From Octopus vulgaris (lineage: Eukaryota), in contig OX597819.1 in the NCBI GenBank assembly GCA_951406725.2, positions 30,690,001 through 30,754,000 on the forward strand: a stretch of DNA of 64,000 nucleotides, read 5' to 3'. Positions 1 to 12,810 of this stretch are shown here, piece by piece. Each line of letters opens with the position of its first letter. Position 1 is the first letter of the stretch. The notes beneath the pieces were generated by a model. It saw only the letters and a program-made list of their open reading frames with translations, was not told the DNA's origin and searched no databases. Both the position numbers and the translations under genes were made by a program.

Positions 1-1683
1 AGAAAAAGATATACATGGGTTCCTGGAAATGGATGCCAAATAGGAAAATATTAAATGTGTGACTAAGAAAAAAACTCAAAAAGGGTGGTGGGTGATATAA
101 AAAGTATTACTATTTAAAGAAATAAAATGACACTCCCTAAGAAAAAAGAAAAACTTAAAAGGATGTGTTGTGGGGATAATAGTAATAATGGTATACCCCT
201 CCCACGTGACGAGTGGTATATGCTAGTTGCTATAAGTAAAGTGACGTCGGTCAGTATAGGGAGAGAGTACGAAACAGACGGTCTTTGATAGTCGTGTCTT
301 TCCTGGTCTAACAACTATACTGCTATATCGAAGTGGGCGTTATAACAATCCGACATTAAGGATTAGAGCATTTTTATTCCATTTTCATTCGGAATAATTT
401 ACGTCCCGACTTAATTTAGGTCTACTATCATATATAATATTACCTCTCTTCTTATCCAATGAGTCTGTAACGAGGTGACATCCTGTATGCATATTATTTA
501 TTAAATGAATGATAGTAGCAAACCATTACACACGTACATTGCTGGTATGTAATTATACATTTTGGAACATATAATCATATATTTTTGTAATTATGTACTT
601 TGAAGCGTTTCATAATGTATATCGAACCGATTTGAATGGAATAAGGCACTTTGTAATATGTAATCGTGAATATCATATGAAATTTTGGAATATGTGAAAA
701 GGATTTTTTTTTTTAATAATTTAACTGTGATAATCTTGTTTTGAACATTATTGTATTTTTACATGATCTGGTTGCAATAATGTACTTTGAAATTAATTAA
801 CAGCAATGTGAAAAGAATAGCGAAATTTGTGTGTGTGTCTATGCGTACATGTGTGTAATTATTTTTGTTTGATAATTCAAAAACGAGAGCAATGGAACAC
901 AGAGCGTCAAATAGGGCACATACATGTCTTATAAAATTCGAAATGTTCTCTGTATTAATTGCTAGCTTTTACAGCTAATAAACTACATGATCATTTGCAA
1001 TCGATGATGACTTGGTGTAAAAATGTACCGTGTTATCCCTAATATCTATAACTGGCCATGTAGCTGTGGACAAACACGGACAGCCTTTCGACCCTACCAC
1101 CTTTAATCAAGCAGAATATCAAGAATGACACGCACGAATGCAGAATAGGCTGCACCAATATTTCAATTATCTATCCCGGAAGAATGAAAGCAGAATTGAT
1201 TCTGTGAGGTTTGAACAAATACGGCAACAAATTCTATCCCACGCTCTCGCATTTTGTTAGCTAAACAGCAGCAGTTATATCTCCAAAATTTGTTTAATTA
1301 TCGTAAATATTTATCAAATATATACAAAGCTATTGAGGCCAAGACTAACATATAATCCTTCAAAATTTAACTCTTTGATACTGTAAGATTTATTTCTGTT
1401 GGCAAAGATACAAAAACAAGAAAAATAATTTCTAAACTGTATGTATCTCAGAGAACGATAAACATCCTAAAGTATGAAATGTGCACCACACCCTAAATTA
1501 GGGATTGCAAAATATCTACAAAATATCAACAAGAAAATATTTCCAATTCAATGCAGGAATTCTCAACGTTCTTCTGCGTCGTGACTGTAACAAATGTGAC
1601 TCTTGAAACATCTTATACTTAACTATTTTGATGCTAAACCCTCGTTCTTGAGTTACAAGTATATGTACATATTTATGCCTATG

Positions 1684-1740
<57 letters not shown>

Positions 1741-2327
1741 TAAAATAATAATCTATAATATAAATTGGACATGGGCGATCGTTGTATTCTTTCTTGTCTT
1801 GAGGTTAACAGCCGAACAGCTAGATGGATTCACGTGAAAAATGGCACACATGTGGAGACGGGTGCGTAGATTGGAATGCAGGTTATATTTTTTCCCTAGT
1901 CCCCATAGTTACTGAGAAAATCGATTAAAACTTTTCTAATGGAATTCCCCCTCCTTCTTCCGCCTTTAAAATAACCAGTTGCTCACACAGCCGGCATATA
2001 CCATTTCGCTAGCAACAAAGGAAGTACAGGATGACAGTCGGCCAAAACTTTTGCTATGCTGTCACTCTTCTTTCACCTCTTTGTGGGGTTAATAATCTTT
2101 AGTTACAGTTTCTCATTCAAACTACATAATAGGCAGAATCGTTGGATTAAGACAGTAGGGTGTTTTTAGGGAGATTTGGCTCCTATTTCTACCAGGTCTC
2201 TACCGTGTAGAGGTCAGAACTTAATTTTCATTCATATATTTGCATTTCAAAAATTTAACATAATCTTTTCCATAAATCAACTATCATAAAAATACACTCA
2301 CATGTCCATTTCATATATCTTTTTTTT

Positions 2328-2871
2328 CAAATTTTTACTTTCCTGTTTCGTGGGGGTGTGTATAAATATTTGTGACTATGAGTTTTTGAATATTGTGCTG
2401 AGGATGGGAAATAGGTTATTTTACTGCTTTAATCTCGAAATTGAACCAATTCACAATTGACTATGGAGTTTTATTTTGTATTTTTCATTTTCTTATCTAC
2501 AAGCCATATTTTTGCAGGAGCTAAAAGCGGTTTATAACGTTTTTTGGGCGTATTCTTACATGTTGGGGCAGGGTTTTTCCTGTTCCCTTATATAATTATA
2601 TAATTTATGTATATATATATATATATAACATAAGGGACTAAAGCCATCTGAACATGGCTAGGGACAGGGCAGGGTGGTGGGGGTGTTACTGTTGCATTTA
2701 GCCCCAGGCGAACATCGACGTCACCAGAAAGGCTGTCGATGTTCGCCTGGGGCTAAATGCAACAGTAACACCCCCACCACCCTGCCCTGTCCCTAGCCAT
2801 GTTCAGATGGCTTTAGTCCCTTATGTTATCGAGCAGTTACTGTCTATATCCCTTTTAGAGAATTATTATTG

Positions 2872-2908
<37 letters not shown>

Positions 2909-3597
2909 TTATTTTATTTATAATTTAACTACAAGGTTTTATGGCATGTTGGCCACTTGATATAATTTTGTCTTTTTTTATATAAATATATAAAATATTT
3001 ATGCTCTGGGTCGGAATTGCGTTGCTTTGAGGCTATTTCGGTTTTAAAAAATACGCGGCTGAAATGAAAAGTAAAAATTTGACTTTATTTTGAATCATAA
3101 GCGCGGGTATTTGCACATGACCGTACGAATTTGCTTCGTGGAGGGTATGTATAAATATTTGTGACTAAGTTTCTTTGAACATACACCCCACGAAATAAAT
3201 TCGTACGATCAAGTGCAAATATCCACGCTTATGCTTAAAAATAAAATCAAATTTTTACTTTTCTGTTTCGTGGGGGTATGTATAAATATTTGTGACTATG
3301 AGTCTTTGAATATTGTGCTGAGGATGGGAAATAAGTTATTTTACTGCTTTAATCTCGAAATTGAACCAATACACAATTGACTGGTGTTTTATTTTGTATT
3401 TTTCATTTACCCGTCTGCAACCTGTATTTTTGCCGGAGCTAAAGGTGGTTTATAACGTTTCTTGGTGTATTCTTACAACATGTTGGAGCAGGGCTTTCCC
3501 TGTTTCCTTATATAATTATTTTAGTATAATTTAACCACAAGGTTTTATAGCATGTTGGCCACTTTATATTATCACTTACATGATTTTTATCCTTGTG

Positions 3598-3600
<3 letters not shown>
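2328..3600. repeat. Local direct duplication (about 2328-2990 vs 3248-3600) with an internal inverted repeat (about 3066-3150 / 3179-3263)
   Basis: The run aaatttttacttt...tcgtggggg...gctgaggatgggaaata...catgttggccactt occurs twice. The first copy is interrupted by the fold-back element. Confidence 0.8.
2625..2872. mobile_element. Fold-back element in (TA)n with perfect 95-bp inverted arms and a 43-nt tail (PLE pLTR-like)
   Basis: 2625-2719 is the exact reverse complement of 2735-2829. 15-nt loop, unpaired tail 2830-2872, (TA)n on both sides. Confidence 0.85.
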
Positions 3601-3646
<46 letters not shown>

Positions 3647-3744
3647 TGTAGTAATGCGCAGGTAAACACAATTAATTTTGATACACACACATTCATGCAC
3701 ATTCACACACACACACATACACAGACATACGCATATTTACATTG

Positions 3745-5150
3745 AGCACTAAATATACAGAATATATGAAGAAAATATATAATTTCTTAACTCGACAGTT
3801 GTTTTACGAAGCCCTTAGTTTCCAAATAGTCATAATAATCATAATTAGCAGGTGAAATATGCAAAAATCGTGGATATGTAACCGGTAACCAGTCACCTGA
3901 AGATATTACAGTAAGTCCGGCTCCTCTCCTCAAGAGGTGATTAGTAAATACGATTCACATAGTTGTGCTAGCAAATATAAACGGTTGAAGGGAGAGAGGG
4001 AACAGAAGGAGATCAAAGACCCAGAGTAAGAAGAAAGGAACAGAGAGAGAACAGATGAAACAGAGGGAGAAGGGGAGAAGATAAAGTTAAAACCTGACTG
4101 GCGTTAGCAAACGCCACGCGTGGTCAAATTAATCTTAAACTGGCAATAAAACAGATTAGAATATCAGTTGTCAAGGCAAAGAGGTAAGAAGAGATAAGCA
4201 TTGAAATAAAGGAGTGTAGATGGGAGTCATGGAGGAGGAGAGTATGCTGAGCGAACGAAAGAATGCTTAGAGAAGAAAGTAAACTGGTACTTCAAAACTT
4301 AAATACAGATTAAAAGGAGTTAGTCGCAACTAGGAGAAATTATAAAGATTTTACATAATTAGCGAATGAAGAATAAAACTTTACACGAGGAGATTACATC
4401 AGAGAACTTATTGAGTGACGAAGTATTATAATGGTATAGGATTGCGAGCGATTCCCTGCAACATAATTTACAAACGCGATGGTTAGCGTTGTGCTCGGTA
4501 ACCTCGCAAACTACATAGTGGGACAAGATATAAGGAATGTCCTGGGACTTGAGGTGGTGTATATATGTGGTTAGAAAATTTCGATGTCTTATTTTAGATT
4601 GAGCTCAGGTGAGCCCGGTAGCGACGCTTGAAATCAACGGTACCCCCACTGTATACCACATTACAGCGTTAACAAAATCTTTCCAACAGACATAGCTTCA
4701 CACTAGCAGTGGGCTTCTGGTTATATCCCTATCCTATATTGATTAATACGATCGTTTGTCCTTGAGGTATAAGCAGGGGTGTTATCATTTGTAATATGTA
4801 ACTGGGAGGGGAATCACCATGATCACAAGTATTACAGTTCCAAATACCAGTTTCTTCTATTGTTTCCCTGTTCTTTTCTTCTTATGTTGTAGGAATTCTT
4901 CTTCTTACCTTCTCCCAATTATCTCGTCCTGCTTTCTCTCTTCCTTCAATCATTTATATTTGCGAGCACTACTATGTGAACTGTATTTGCTAATCTTCTC
5001 TTGATGAGAGGAGCCGCACCTACTGTACTATCTCCGTGTGACTGATTATCGGTTACATGCCCATGAAGTTTTGCACATATCACCAGCAAGTTATAATTAT
5101 TTTGATTATTAGTTAAGTCTGGGCTTCGTGAAACAGCTGTATGTGTAAGT
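3745..5150 (-). mobile_element. Naiad-type Penelope-like element remnant: GIY-YIG endonuclease fragment flanked by inverted pLTRs
   Basis: Minus strand about 4380-4710 reads, with stops and frameshifts, LCLLERFC*RCNVVY..GGTVDFKRRYRAHLSS...FSNHIY..LKSQDIPY...CKLCCRESLAIL...LNKFSDVISSC. About 3790-4020 and 4920-5145 are diverged inverted copies, each with an HHR-like motif. Confidence 0.7.
4998..5144 (+). ncRNA. Degenerate type-I hammerhead with a very long stem II
   Basis: ctc-TTGATGA-gaggagcc...ggcttcgt-GAAAC-agct-GTA. The inverted partner at 3791-3936 (-) reads ctc-TTGAGGA...AAAAC-aact-GTC-gag. Confidence 0.55.
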
Positions 5151-5806
5151 ATGTATAAATATGTGTATACCTGTATGTGTACGTGTGTGTGAAAAATATC
5201 AGCTGTTTGTTGAAGAACGAAACAAAGAACAAATAACTTCAGGGACGATTGTCCACACACACATAAACATATAAACAAGCACATATATACAGGGTGGCGC
5301 ACGAAAAATGAGCCTGGGTTCCGTAACATAGTGTAAATGCAGAAATAAATTTACACACATGTAAAAGCACCCTCTCTTTCGTTTGCAAGTGTCATGGCGT
5401 TATTTCGACCGCTTGTAATTACTATTCAGAAGTAATTTTCTCATTTGCTCTTGTCATCAACCGTTAATTGCTGTACGCATGTAAAATGATATGGCTTCAA
5501 CTTTGCACTATTCAACATGACCTCCTGCTTTTGTAAGACTGCTGCGGCAGTTTAGGTGTTCACATCTTTGGACTTCGAATAATCCTTTCGCAAAAGTCAT
5601 GAATAAGTTCCGGCTTTCGAATCGTAGGGTCTCTCTGTTTTGGGGCGTCGTGTACCGACCCCGTAGAAAATAGATTCAACTTCAAATTTTTTCAGCTAAC
5701 TCACATATATATGAAAGTTATGAATTTTCTGTAAGAAATTATTCATAATGAATTCTTGAAAGCGACAAAAGAACAGAACTAATAGTTTTTTATTCATATA
5801 TGTATA

Positions 5807-6264
5807 CAGGGTACCCCCCCAAAAAAAAAACAGGCAATTTGGTAGAGTTTCTTTAATTGTTGGAAACAGAAAACAGTTGTTGTTAAAAGAAGCATTGTTA
5901 AAACAACAAAAAACACAAATGTTAGATGTAGTGTTCAAAATGCCTTCCGTGAGCAGGCGCACAACGACGTAGACGGTCTGACCAGCTTCCAGTCACTCGT
6001 TGGATAACTTCAAGTGGGATATTGTTCCAAACTTCCATCAACATAATTTTCAAGGATTGCATGTCCGTGACCTCTCTCCTCTGTAATTAAAGTTGATGTA
6101 ACAGTAAACCCCACATGGTAAAATCCATTACGTTGAAATCTGGAATTTTTGAGGGCCATTGATAAAGTAAAATACGGTAAAATACATAATAAAATACATG
6201 TGTAAAATAATGTAAATCTAAAATTTCCTGGGGTTTTTTGTTTTTTTTTTTGTGGGGCATTCTG
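5807..6264. mobile_element. Tc1/mariner-like non-autonomous remnant
   Basis: ta-CAGGGTACCCCCCAAAA...TTTTGTGGGGCATTCTG-ta gives imperfect TIRs with TA flanks. Another ta-CAGGGTG end lies at 5290. Confidence 0.45.
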
Positions 6265-6457
6265 TAATTACTGGGTGAGAGCTAGATAAGCTCAGTATAG
6301 AAAACACATAGTAGCGCTCAGATGAATTTGAACTTAAACTCTGACCTGTACATCCGGGGTAGAGCCAGCAGCATCAGGAGTGGCTAAAAGAGAAATCCAA
6401 ATCGAGCTGATATGGAAGTAATAACGCAGATAAACACATTTGATATATATAAACATA

Positions 6458-7181
6458 CTAGCTTAAGGTAACCCGCTCTACGTGCAGGTGAGGGTGTGGT
6501 TGTTACTTTCTGTTGCTTCCTTTCTGCTTCTTATCGCCACATTCTCCCTCTTTGTTTCTCTCTCCTTTCTCTCTCACTTTCCCACTCTCTTACTCTTCTT
6601 TTCTCTCGGACTCTCCCTCGCTTTCTCTTACGCGTGCACGTAAAATCACAAAAATAATTCAAAGTTACTTAAAATTTTGTGAAATTTGATACTTTTTTCT
6701 GGTATATTTTGATGGTCCATGATGCAAATGAACGCTAAAATTTTGGCCTTTAATACAATGTCATTTTTAGCCATGTCAACCTAATAATGCAAACAAAAAA
6801 TAATTAAATCTAAAAATAGGGCAAAAATGTACTCTTTTTAAAAGTTGAAAAAATTTACCCCCCTTTCCAAAATCCCCCAAATTTTTACACCCACAATTAA
6901 AGATAACCGCCTCTAGCCCCTGCAGCAACACGAGAAGCCACCATTATTCAAACAGGGCAACCTGTCTATCCCATAAAACTCATTTTTCCCATATTCCTCA
7001 CCATGGCAAACAAACGGTAGCCCCGAGCGACTTTCAGCCCTCCTCACACCATTGCCCACCCCATTTTACCTCCAGTGTAAATTTTGGTACCAATCCGACC
7101 CCATCTACCGCCCATCCCAAAATGAGACAAATAATCAAGAAATCAAACAACTTTTTCGCATTCCAGCTTTATAGATATTGA
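6458..7181 (-). mobile_element. Non-autonomous Helitron (a second related 5' end at about 7698-7788)
   Basis: Minus strand begins A|TCAATATCTATAAAG and ends CTAG|T, with a GC-rich subterminal hairpin (acccgc...gcaggt). Confidence 0.6.
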
Positions 7182-7789
7182 TGATTATATATCTATACAC
7201 ACATATATATATATGTATACACATTATATATATATTTATATACACATATATATATACATATATAAATTAACACAATATATCTGATTAATAATATTTGTTA
7301 TGATTGTGCGGTGGTGGTGGGCGATAATAATTCACCGTTCTAAAAGACCTGTGGCAGGAATATTTAAACTTTTGCGGCTGTCAACGCTTTCTTTTTATAG
7401 ATGCAGACAGGAATACAGTGAGAGAGATGGTGGAAGAAAGAGAGACAGAGACACGGCGAAGGCGGACAGGGAATGAGAGTGGAAGCTGCCAAACGTCGTT
7501 ATAGAGAGAAATTGGAGGAAAGGAAGGAAAAAGAGAGATCGAGGAAGACAGGGTGATATCCGAAAGTGAGAAACGACAAAACACTTGTCAAAGTCTGGGT
7601 TTTGTTGCCCTAGTAACCACAGCTTTTGAGATAGGGTTTTCTAACCTAGTCCAGTCACTTCCTCGCCTCTTTTGACATATCCCTGTAAATTTTCGCGCCA
7701 ATCCGACCCCATCTACCACTCCTTAAACCATTCCCATCCCAAAATGAGACAAACAAGTTTTTTTGCATTTCAGCTTTATAGATATTGAT

Positions 7790-7975
7790 TAGCACACCGG
7801 GCAAAATACTTAGCGGTATTTTGTCTGTTTTTACGTTCTGAGTTCAAATTCCGCCGAGGTCGACTTTGCCTTTCGTCCTTTCGGGGTCGATAAATTAAGT
7901 ACCAGTTGCGTACTGGGTCGATCTAATCGACTGGTCCCCTACCCCAAAATTTCGGACCTTGTACCTAGAGTAGAA
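7790..7975 (+). mobile_element. tRNA-derived SINE family A (Nin-like central domain), 5'-truncated
   Basis: B-box-like gagttcaaattcc followed by cctttcgtcctttcggggtcgataaa..gtaccag. Many copies in the window. Confidence 0.8.
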
Positions 7976-7999
7976 TATATATATATATATATATATATA

Positions 8000-8165
8000 T
8001 ACGACGAGCGTCTTTCATTTTCCGTCTACCAAATCCATTCACCAGGCTTTGGTCGGCTCGAGGCTAAAGTAGAAGACACTTGCCCAAGGTGTCACGCAGT
8101 GGGACTGAACATGGAACCATGTGATTGGTAAGCAAGCTACTTACCACAGAGCCACTCCTGCGCCT
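8000..8165 (-). mobile_element. tRNA-derived SINE family B, 5' half
   Basis: Reverse complement starts aggcgcaggagtggct..ggtaagtagcttgc..ggttc..gttcagtccc. More than 10 copies in the window. Confidence 0.8.
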
Positions 8166-8191
8166 GTAAATATATATGTGTGTGTGTGTGC

Positions 8192-8257
<66 letters not shown>

Positions 8258-8273
8258 GAAAAGGCGGATTTAT

Positions 8274-8334
8274 GGGAATACCTTAGGTTTCATGTCCATA
8301 AAGGGCTCAGCTTTATGGCGTATCATCAGATCCC
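8274..8334 (-). ncRNA. Type-I hammerhead ribozyme (intact core)
   Basis: gggat-CTGATGA-tacgccataaag-ctgagcc-ctttatggacat-GAAAC-ctaag-GTA-ttccc. Confidence 0.75.
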
Positions 8335-8640
8335 AAAACCTGCTGACTAAAAGCATCTCTATAATGTGGAGGAGGAAAGGATCCCGTTACTCAATGTCAA
8401 CAAAGGTTATTGTCTCCCTTTGGCTAGCGATCGCCGATGTCAACAAAGTGGATTGTATCCCTTTGGCGATCGATCGCCAGTGACCCTATTAGCCAAAGGG
8501 AAACACTCCACTTTGTTGACATCGGCGATCGATAACCAAGGGGAGACAACACCCTTTGTTAACGTTGAGTAACGGAGTCCTTTCCTCCTCCATATTCTAT
8601 AAAGGCCGCTTGCTAGTGAGGCCTTTAGACAACAGGTTTT

Positions 8641-8701
8641 GGGATCTGATGATACACTATAAAGCTAAGCTCTTTATGGACGTGAAACTTAAGGTAACCC
8701 C
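8641..8701 (+). ncRNA. Type-I hammerhead ribozyme (intact core)
   Basis: gggat-CTGATGA-tacactataaag-ctaagct-ctttatggacgt-GAAAC-ttaag-GTA-acccc. Confidence 0.75.
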
Positions 8702-8782
8702 ATAAACCAGCCTTATCTATCTTTAATATATACTCCTCTGTAACTTAGAGTGTGCTTCTTTTTACGGATTTATGTTTATGGA

Positions 8783-8859
<77 letters not shown>

Positions 8860-8863
<4 letters not shown>

Positions 8864-9310
8864 GTGCAATGGCCCTGACCGGGCATTGTGAGTGTTTATT
8901 GAGCGAAAACACCTAAAGCTCCACGAGTCTCCGACAGGGGTGGGATAAACCCTGCTGTACTCTTTCACCACAACTTTCTCTCACTCTTTCTTCCTGTGTC
9001 TGTTGTACCTGTATTTCAAAGGGCCAGCCTTGTCACACACTGTGTTACGCTGAATCTCCCCGAGAACTAAGTTAAGGGTACACGTGTCTGTGGTGTGCTC
9101 AGTCACTTGCACGTTAATAAATGAGCTGCGACGTCACTGGTGCCAAGCTGTATCGGCCTTTCCCTTGGATAACATCGGTGGCATGAAGAGGGGTGGCTGG
9201 TATGAGTAGGTGACTGCTGGTCTTCCATAAACTACCTTGCCCAGACTTGTGCCTCGGATGTTAACTTTCTAGGTGCAATCCCATGGTCATTCATGACCGA
9301 AGGAGGTCAC
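8860..9310 (+). mobile_element. tRNA-derived SINE family C (related copies at about 9680-10055, 10570-10860, 25665-25810 and 35116-35441)
   Basis: Head ggaggcgcaatggcccagtggttag..., body gaaaacacctaaagctccacgaggctcc, and a 3' end ctaggtgcaatcccatggtca..catgaccgaagg shared with 35400-35440. Confidence 0.7.
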
Positions 9311-9315
9311 TATAT

Positions 9316-9404
<89 letters not shown>

Positions 9405-10334
9405 TATCTTGATGCAAAAATTATTTAGCCAATATATTCTTTCTTTCATATTCTAAGTTTATATGTGATATGTTTAAGTGTAATATGTTTAAATGGAATG
9501 TGTTGATTTGTGATATGTTTCGGAAAAATTACGCTTCTCATTTTTAATACCCTCCAGAATATTTCAAATGCTCCTGTGTCCAAATAGCCAAGTGCTCTAT
9601 TGCTATACTGCTGTTCTTACTTCCCGCTATGACTGTGATTCGTATATGTTCTTTTCTAAACACGAGTTAGAAAAGAGCAGCATGGCCCAATGGTTAGGCG
9701 GTCGGAGGATTGCGGTTTCGATTCCCAGACCGGGCGTTGTGTGTGTTTATTGAACGAAAACACCTAAAGCTCCACGAGGCTCCGGCAGGGAGTAGTGGCG
9801 ACCCCTGTTGTACTCTTTCGTTCCAACTTTCTCTCACTCTTTCTTCCTGTTTCTTGTCCCCGACTTCCTACGCAACCGTTGAGCCTGGATGCGCATTCAT
9901 CCATCCGTCGATGCTCTCGGTGTCGGGAGTTGACCTGCTTTCTCTTCTGCGGGTCTTACAAATAGCAAAGGACCACGTTTCGGACTTCTCCCATCTTGCG
10001 AGCTCTGGGACGAAGACCGTTCGCTCAACAGCAACAGCAGCACCAACAGACATCTAATATCCCTACACACAAGAACTGGAAGATAATGACTGTTGGGTTA
10101 AGTTAATGCTATTTTTAGTTAATACAATCGAACCCTTGAAAGGCCAACGGTTAATGAGACAATGCAAGCGAGAAGTGTGTGCAGGCCTTAATGTATTGGT
10201 GAATATAGCATTTTGTTTCGTCCATCTGAGTTACCAATTCAAATCCCATGTGTTGAGTTTACCTTTTATCCTCCTGAGCTTAACAAAAAATAATACATTA
10301 GTAATATACTATATATATTCTGCAGTTCAATTGA

Positions 10335-11455
10335 TTTACTCTTTACTCTCTTTACTCTTTTACTTGTTTCAGTCATTTGACTGAGGCTATGCTGGAGCAC
10401 CGCCTTTAGTCGAGGAAATCGCACCCCACCCCGGACGTATTCTTTATAAGCCTAGTACTTATTCTATCGGTCACTTTTGCCGAACACACCAGCATCGGTT
10501 GTCAAGCGATGTTGGGGGACAAACACAGACACAAACATATATACACACATACATATATATATATATATCACGTGACCGACCAGGCTATCAGATGTTGCTA
10601 CACATCGCTGGTCACAATGCGCTTCGCATTGTTTTAGCCTTCAAATGACGCCACCCCGCTGGCTAAGCGAGCAGGCCAACAGAAGAAAGAGTGAGAGAAA
10701 GTTGTGGCGAAAGAGTACAGCAGGGAATGCCACCACCTCCTGCCGGAGCCTCGTGGAGCTTTAGGTGTTTTCGCTCAATAAACACTCACAACGCTCAATG
10801 TGGAGGCGCAATGGCCCAGTGGTTAGGGCAGCAGAATCGTGGTCGTAGGATTGCGGTATATATATATACTCTCTCTTTTACTTGTTTCAGTCATTTGACT
10901 GCGGCCATGCTGGAGCACCGCCTTTAGTCGAGCAAATCGACCCCGGGACTTATTCTTTGTAAGCCCAGTACTTATTCTATCGGTCTGTTTTGCCGAACCG
11001 CTAAGTGACGGGGATGTAAACACACCAGCATCGGTTGTCAAGCAATGCTAGGGGGACAAACACAGACACACAAACATATACACACACACTTATATATATA
11101 TATATATACATATATACGACAGGCTTCTTTCAGTTTCCGTCTACCAAATCCACTCACAAGGCATTGGTCGGTCCGGGGCTATAGCAGAAAACACTTGCCC
11201 AAGATGCCACGCAGTGGGACTGAACCCGGAACCATGTGGTTGGTTAGCAAGCTACTTACCACACAGCCACTCATGCGCCTATATATATATATATATACGA
11301 CGGGCTTCTTTCAGTTTCCGTTTACCAAATCCACTCACAAGGCTTTGGTCGGCCCGAGCCTATAGTAGAAGACACTTGCTCAAGGTGCCATGCAGTGGGA
11401 CTGAACTCGGAACCATGTGGTTGGTAAGCAAGCTACTTACCACACAGCCACTCCT
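10335..11455 (-). mobile_element. Cluster of SINE family B copies (full length 10868-11280) with a nested family C piece
   Basis: tttactcttttacttgtttcagtcatttgact tail, internal (TA/CA)n linker, and head ...cacagccactc.tgcgcct. Confidence 0.8.
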
Positions 11456-12269
11456 TATGTACATTATATATAAATTTATTTAAGGCATATATATAATAAT
11501 GATATGACCCTAGGTTTTAAAGGGATGACCCTTGAGAAAACATACGGTGTAATCTTTATTTATAAAATGTAAATATTGGAGATTTTCTCTCATTAGAATA
11601 ACACGATGTAGAGGAATGAATGACAGCTTTTTCATCGAAGAAATTTGAATCTATTGGAATGATTTTGTAAAGCGATAACCCCTGAATCGTTTGAGCGCCA
11701 CGGAAGGTGCTGACGTCATGTAAGTCAAGAGCTGGTCAAACTAGTGGATTTCATACGTCCAATTTTTCACGGAAAGCTTGTACTCATGATTTCTAGGTTT
11801 ATAAAACGACTGGTACTTGTGTAATCTGTGTACAACAATGATGATCGAGCAGTTAAGATTTATGACTCTTTGCACAGACACAACACAGCTGGTTTGGCAC
11901 CTTATCAATTTGCTAAACTGAGGCAATCTTAAGAATGTTTATACTTCCTTATGTTTTAAGCATTCTAGACATATAAGAAGCGAGGTGCAACGCATTTATT
12001 TAACTTCGTTTTCTAACCCGATTGTTTGAATTCCTGTTTGAGATTTTATTAACAATTATCACAATAAATTTTATAAGTGAAAATCCTTCCAGATTCGAAC
12101 ATATGAAAATAGATAATTTACTATCCCGAAAGTTAGTGAAGCTTAACATTTTACAGAGAATTTATTTTGACTAGGTATATAATCAATTTTGAGAGTGATT
12201 ATGTTTGACTAGCTAAAAAAGCAATTTTTAAGTGATTTTATTTGATAGAACGGATACTAGTATATTATT

Positions 12270-12810
12270 AGTTTCAAATTTTGGCACAAGGTCAGCAAAT
12301 TCGAGGGAGGGGTAAGTCAGTAATATCCACCTCTGTGCTACACCTATCCAGCGGCGGAATTTGAACTGAGAACGAAAATACAAACGATATACCTATTTCT
12401 TTACTACCCACAAGAGGCTAAATCAAGAGAGGACAAACAAGGCCAGACAAACGGATTAAGTCGATTATATCGACCCCAGTGCGTAACTGGTACTTATTTA
12501 ATCGACTCCGAAAGGATGAAAGGCAAAGTCGATCTCGACGGAATTTGAATTCAGAACGTAGCGGCAGACGAAATACCTATTTCTTTATTACCCACAAGGG
12601 GCTAAACATAAAGGGGACAAACAAGGACAGACATAGGTATTAAGTCGATTACATCGACCCCAGTGCGTAACTGGTACTTAATTTATCGACCCCGAAAGGA
12701 TGAAAGGCAAAGTCAACCTCGGCAGAATTTGAACTCAGAATGTAGCGGCAGACGAAATACCGCTCAGCATTTCGCCCGGCGTGCTAACGTTTCTGTCAGC
12801 TCGCCGCCTT
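12270..12810 (-). mobile_element. Head-to-tail array of SINE family A units
   Basis: The unit cctatttctttactacccacaag...gaatttgaactcagaacg is repeated. Only the last unit has the complete head (cagctcgccgcc). Confidence 0.8.

Larger units (their letters stand above)
8256..8784. mobile_element. Fold-back PLE pLTR-like element with a hammerhead in each arm
   Basis: Inverted arms about 8256-8470 / 8492-8720, tail 8721-8784. Flanked by (TG)n and (TA)n(GA)n. Confidence 0.85.

Noticed and set aside
11800-11900. VKIYDSL / W-Y-L motif suggestive of a Ulp1-type protease remnant
   Set aside because: It is short, needs a frameshift and has no other support.
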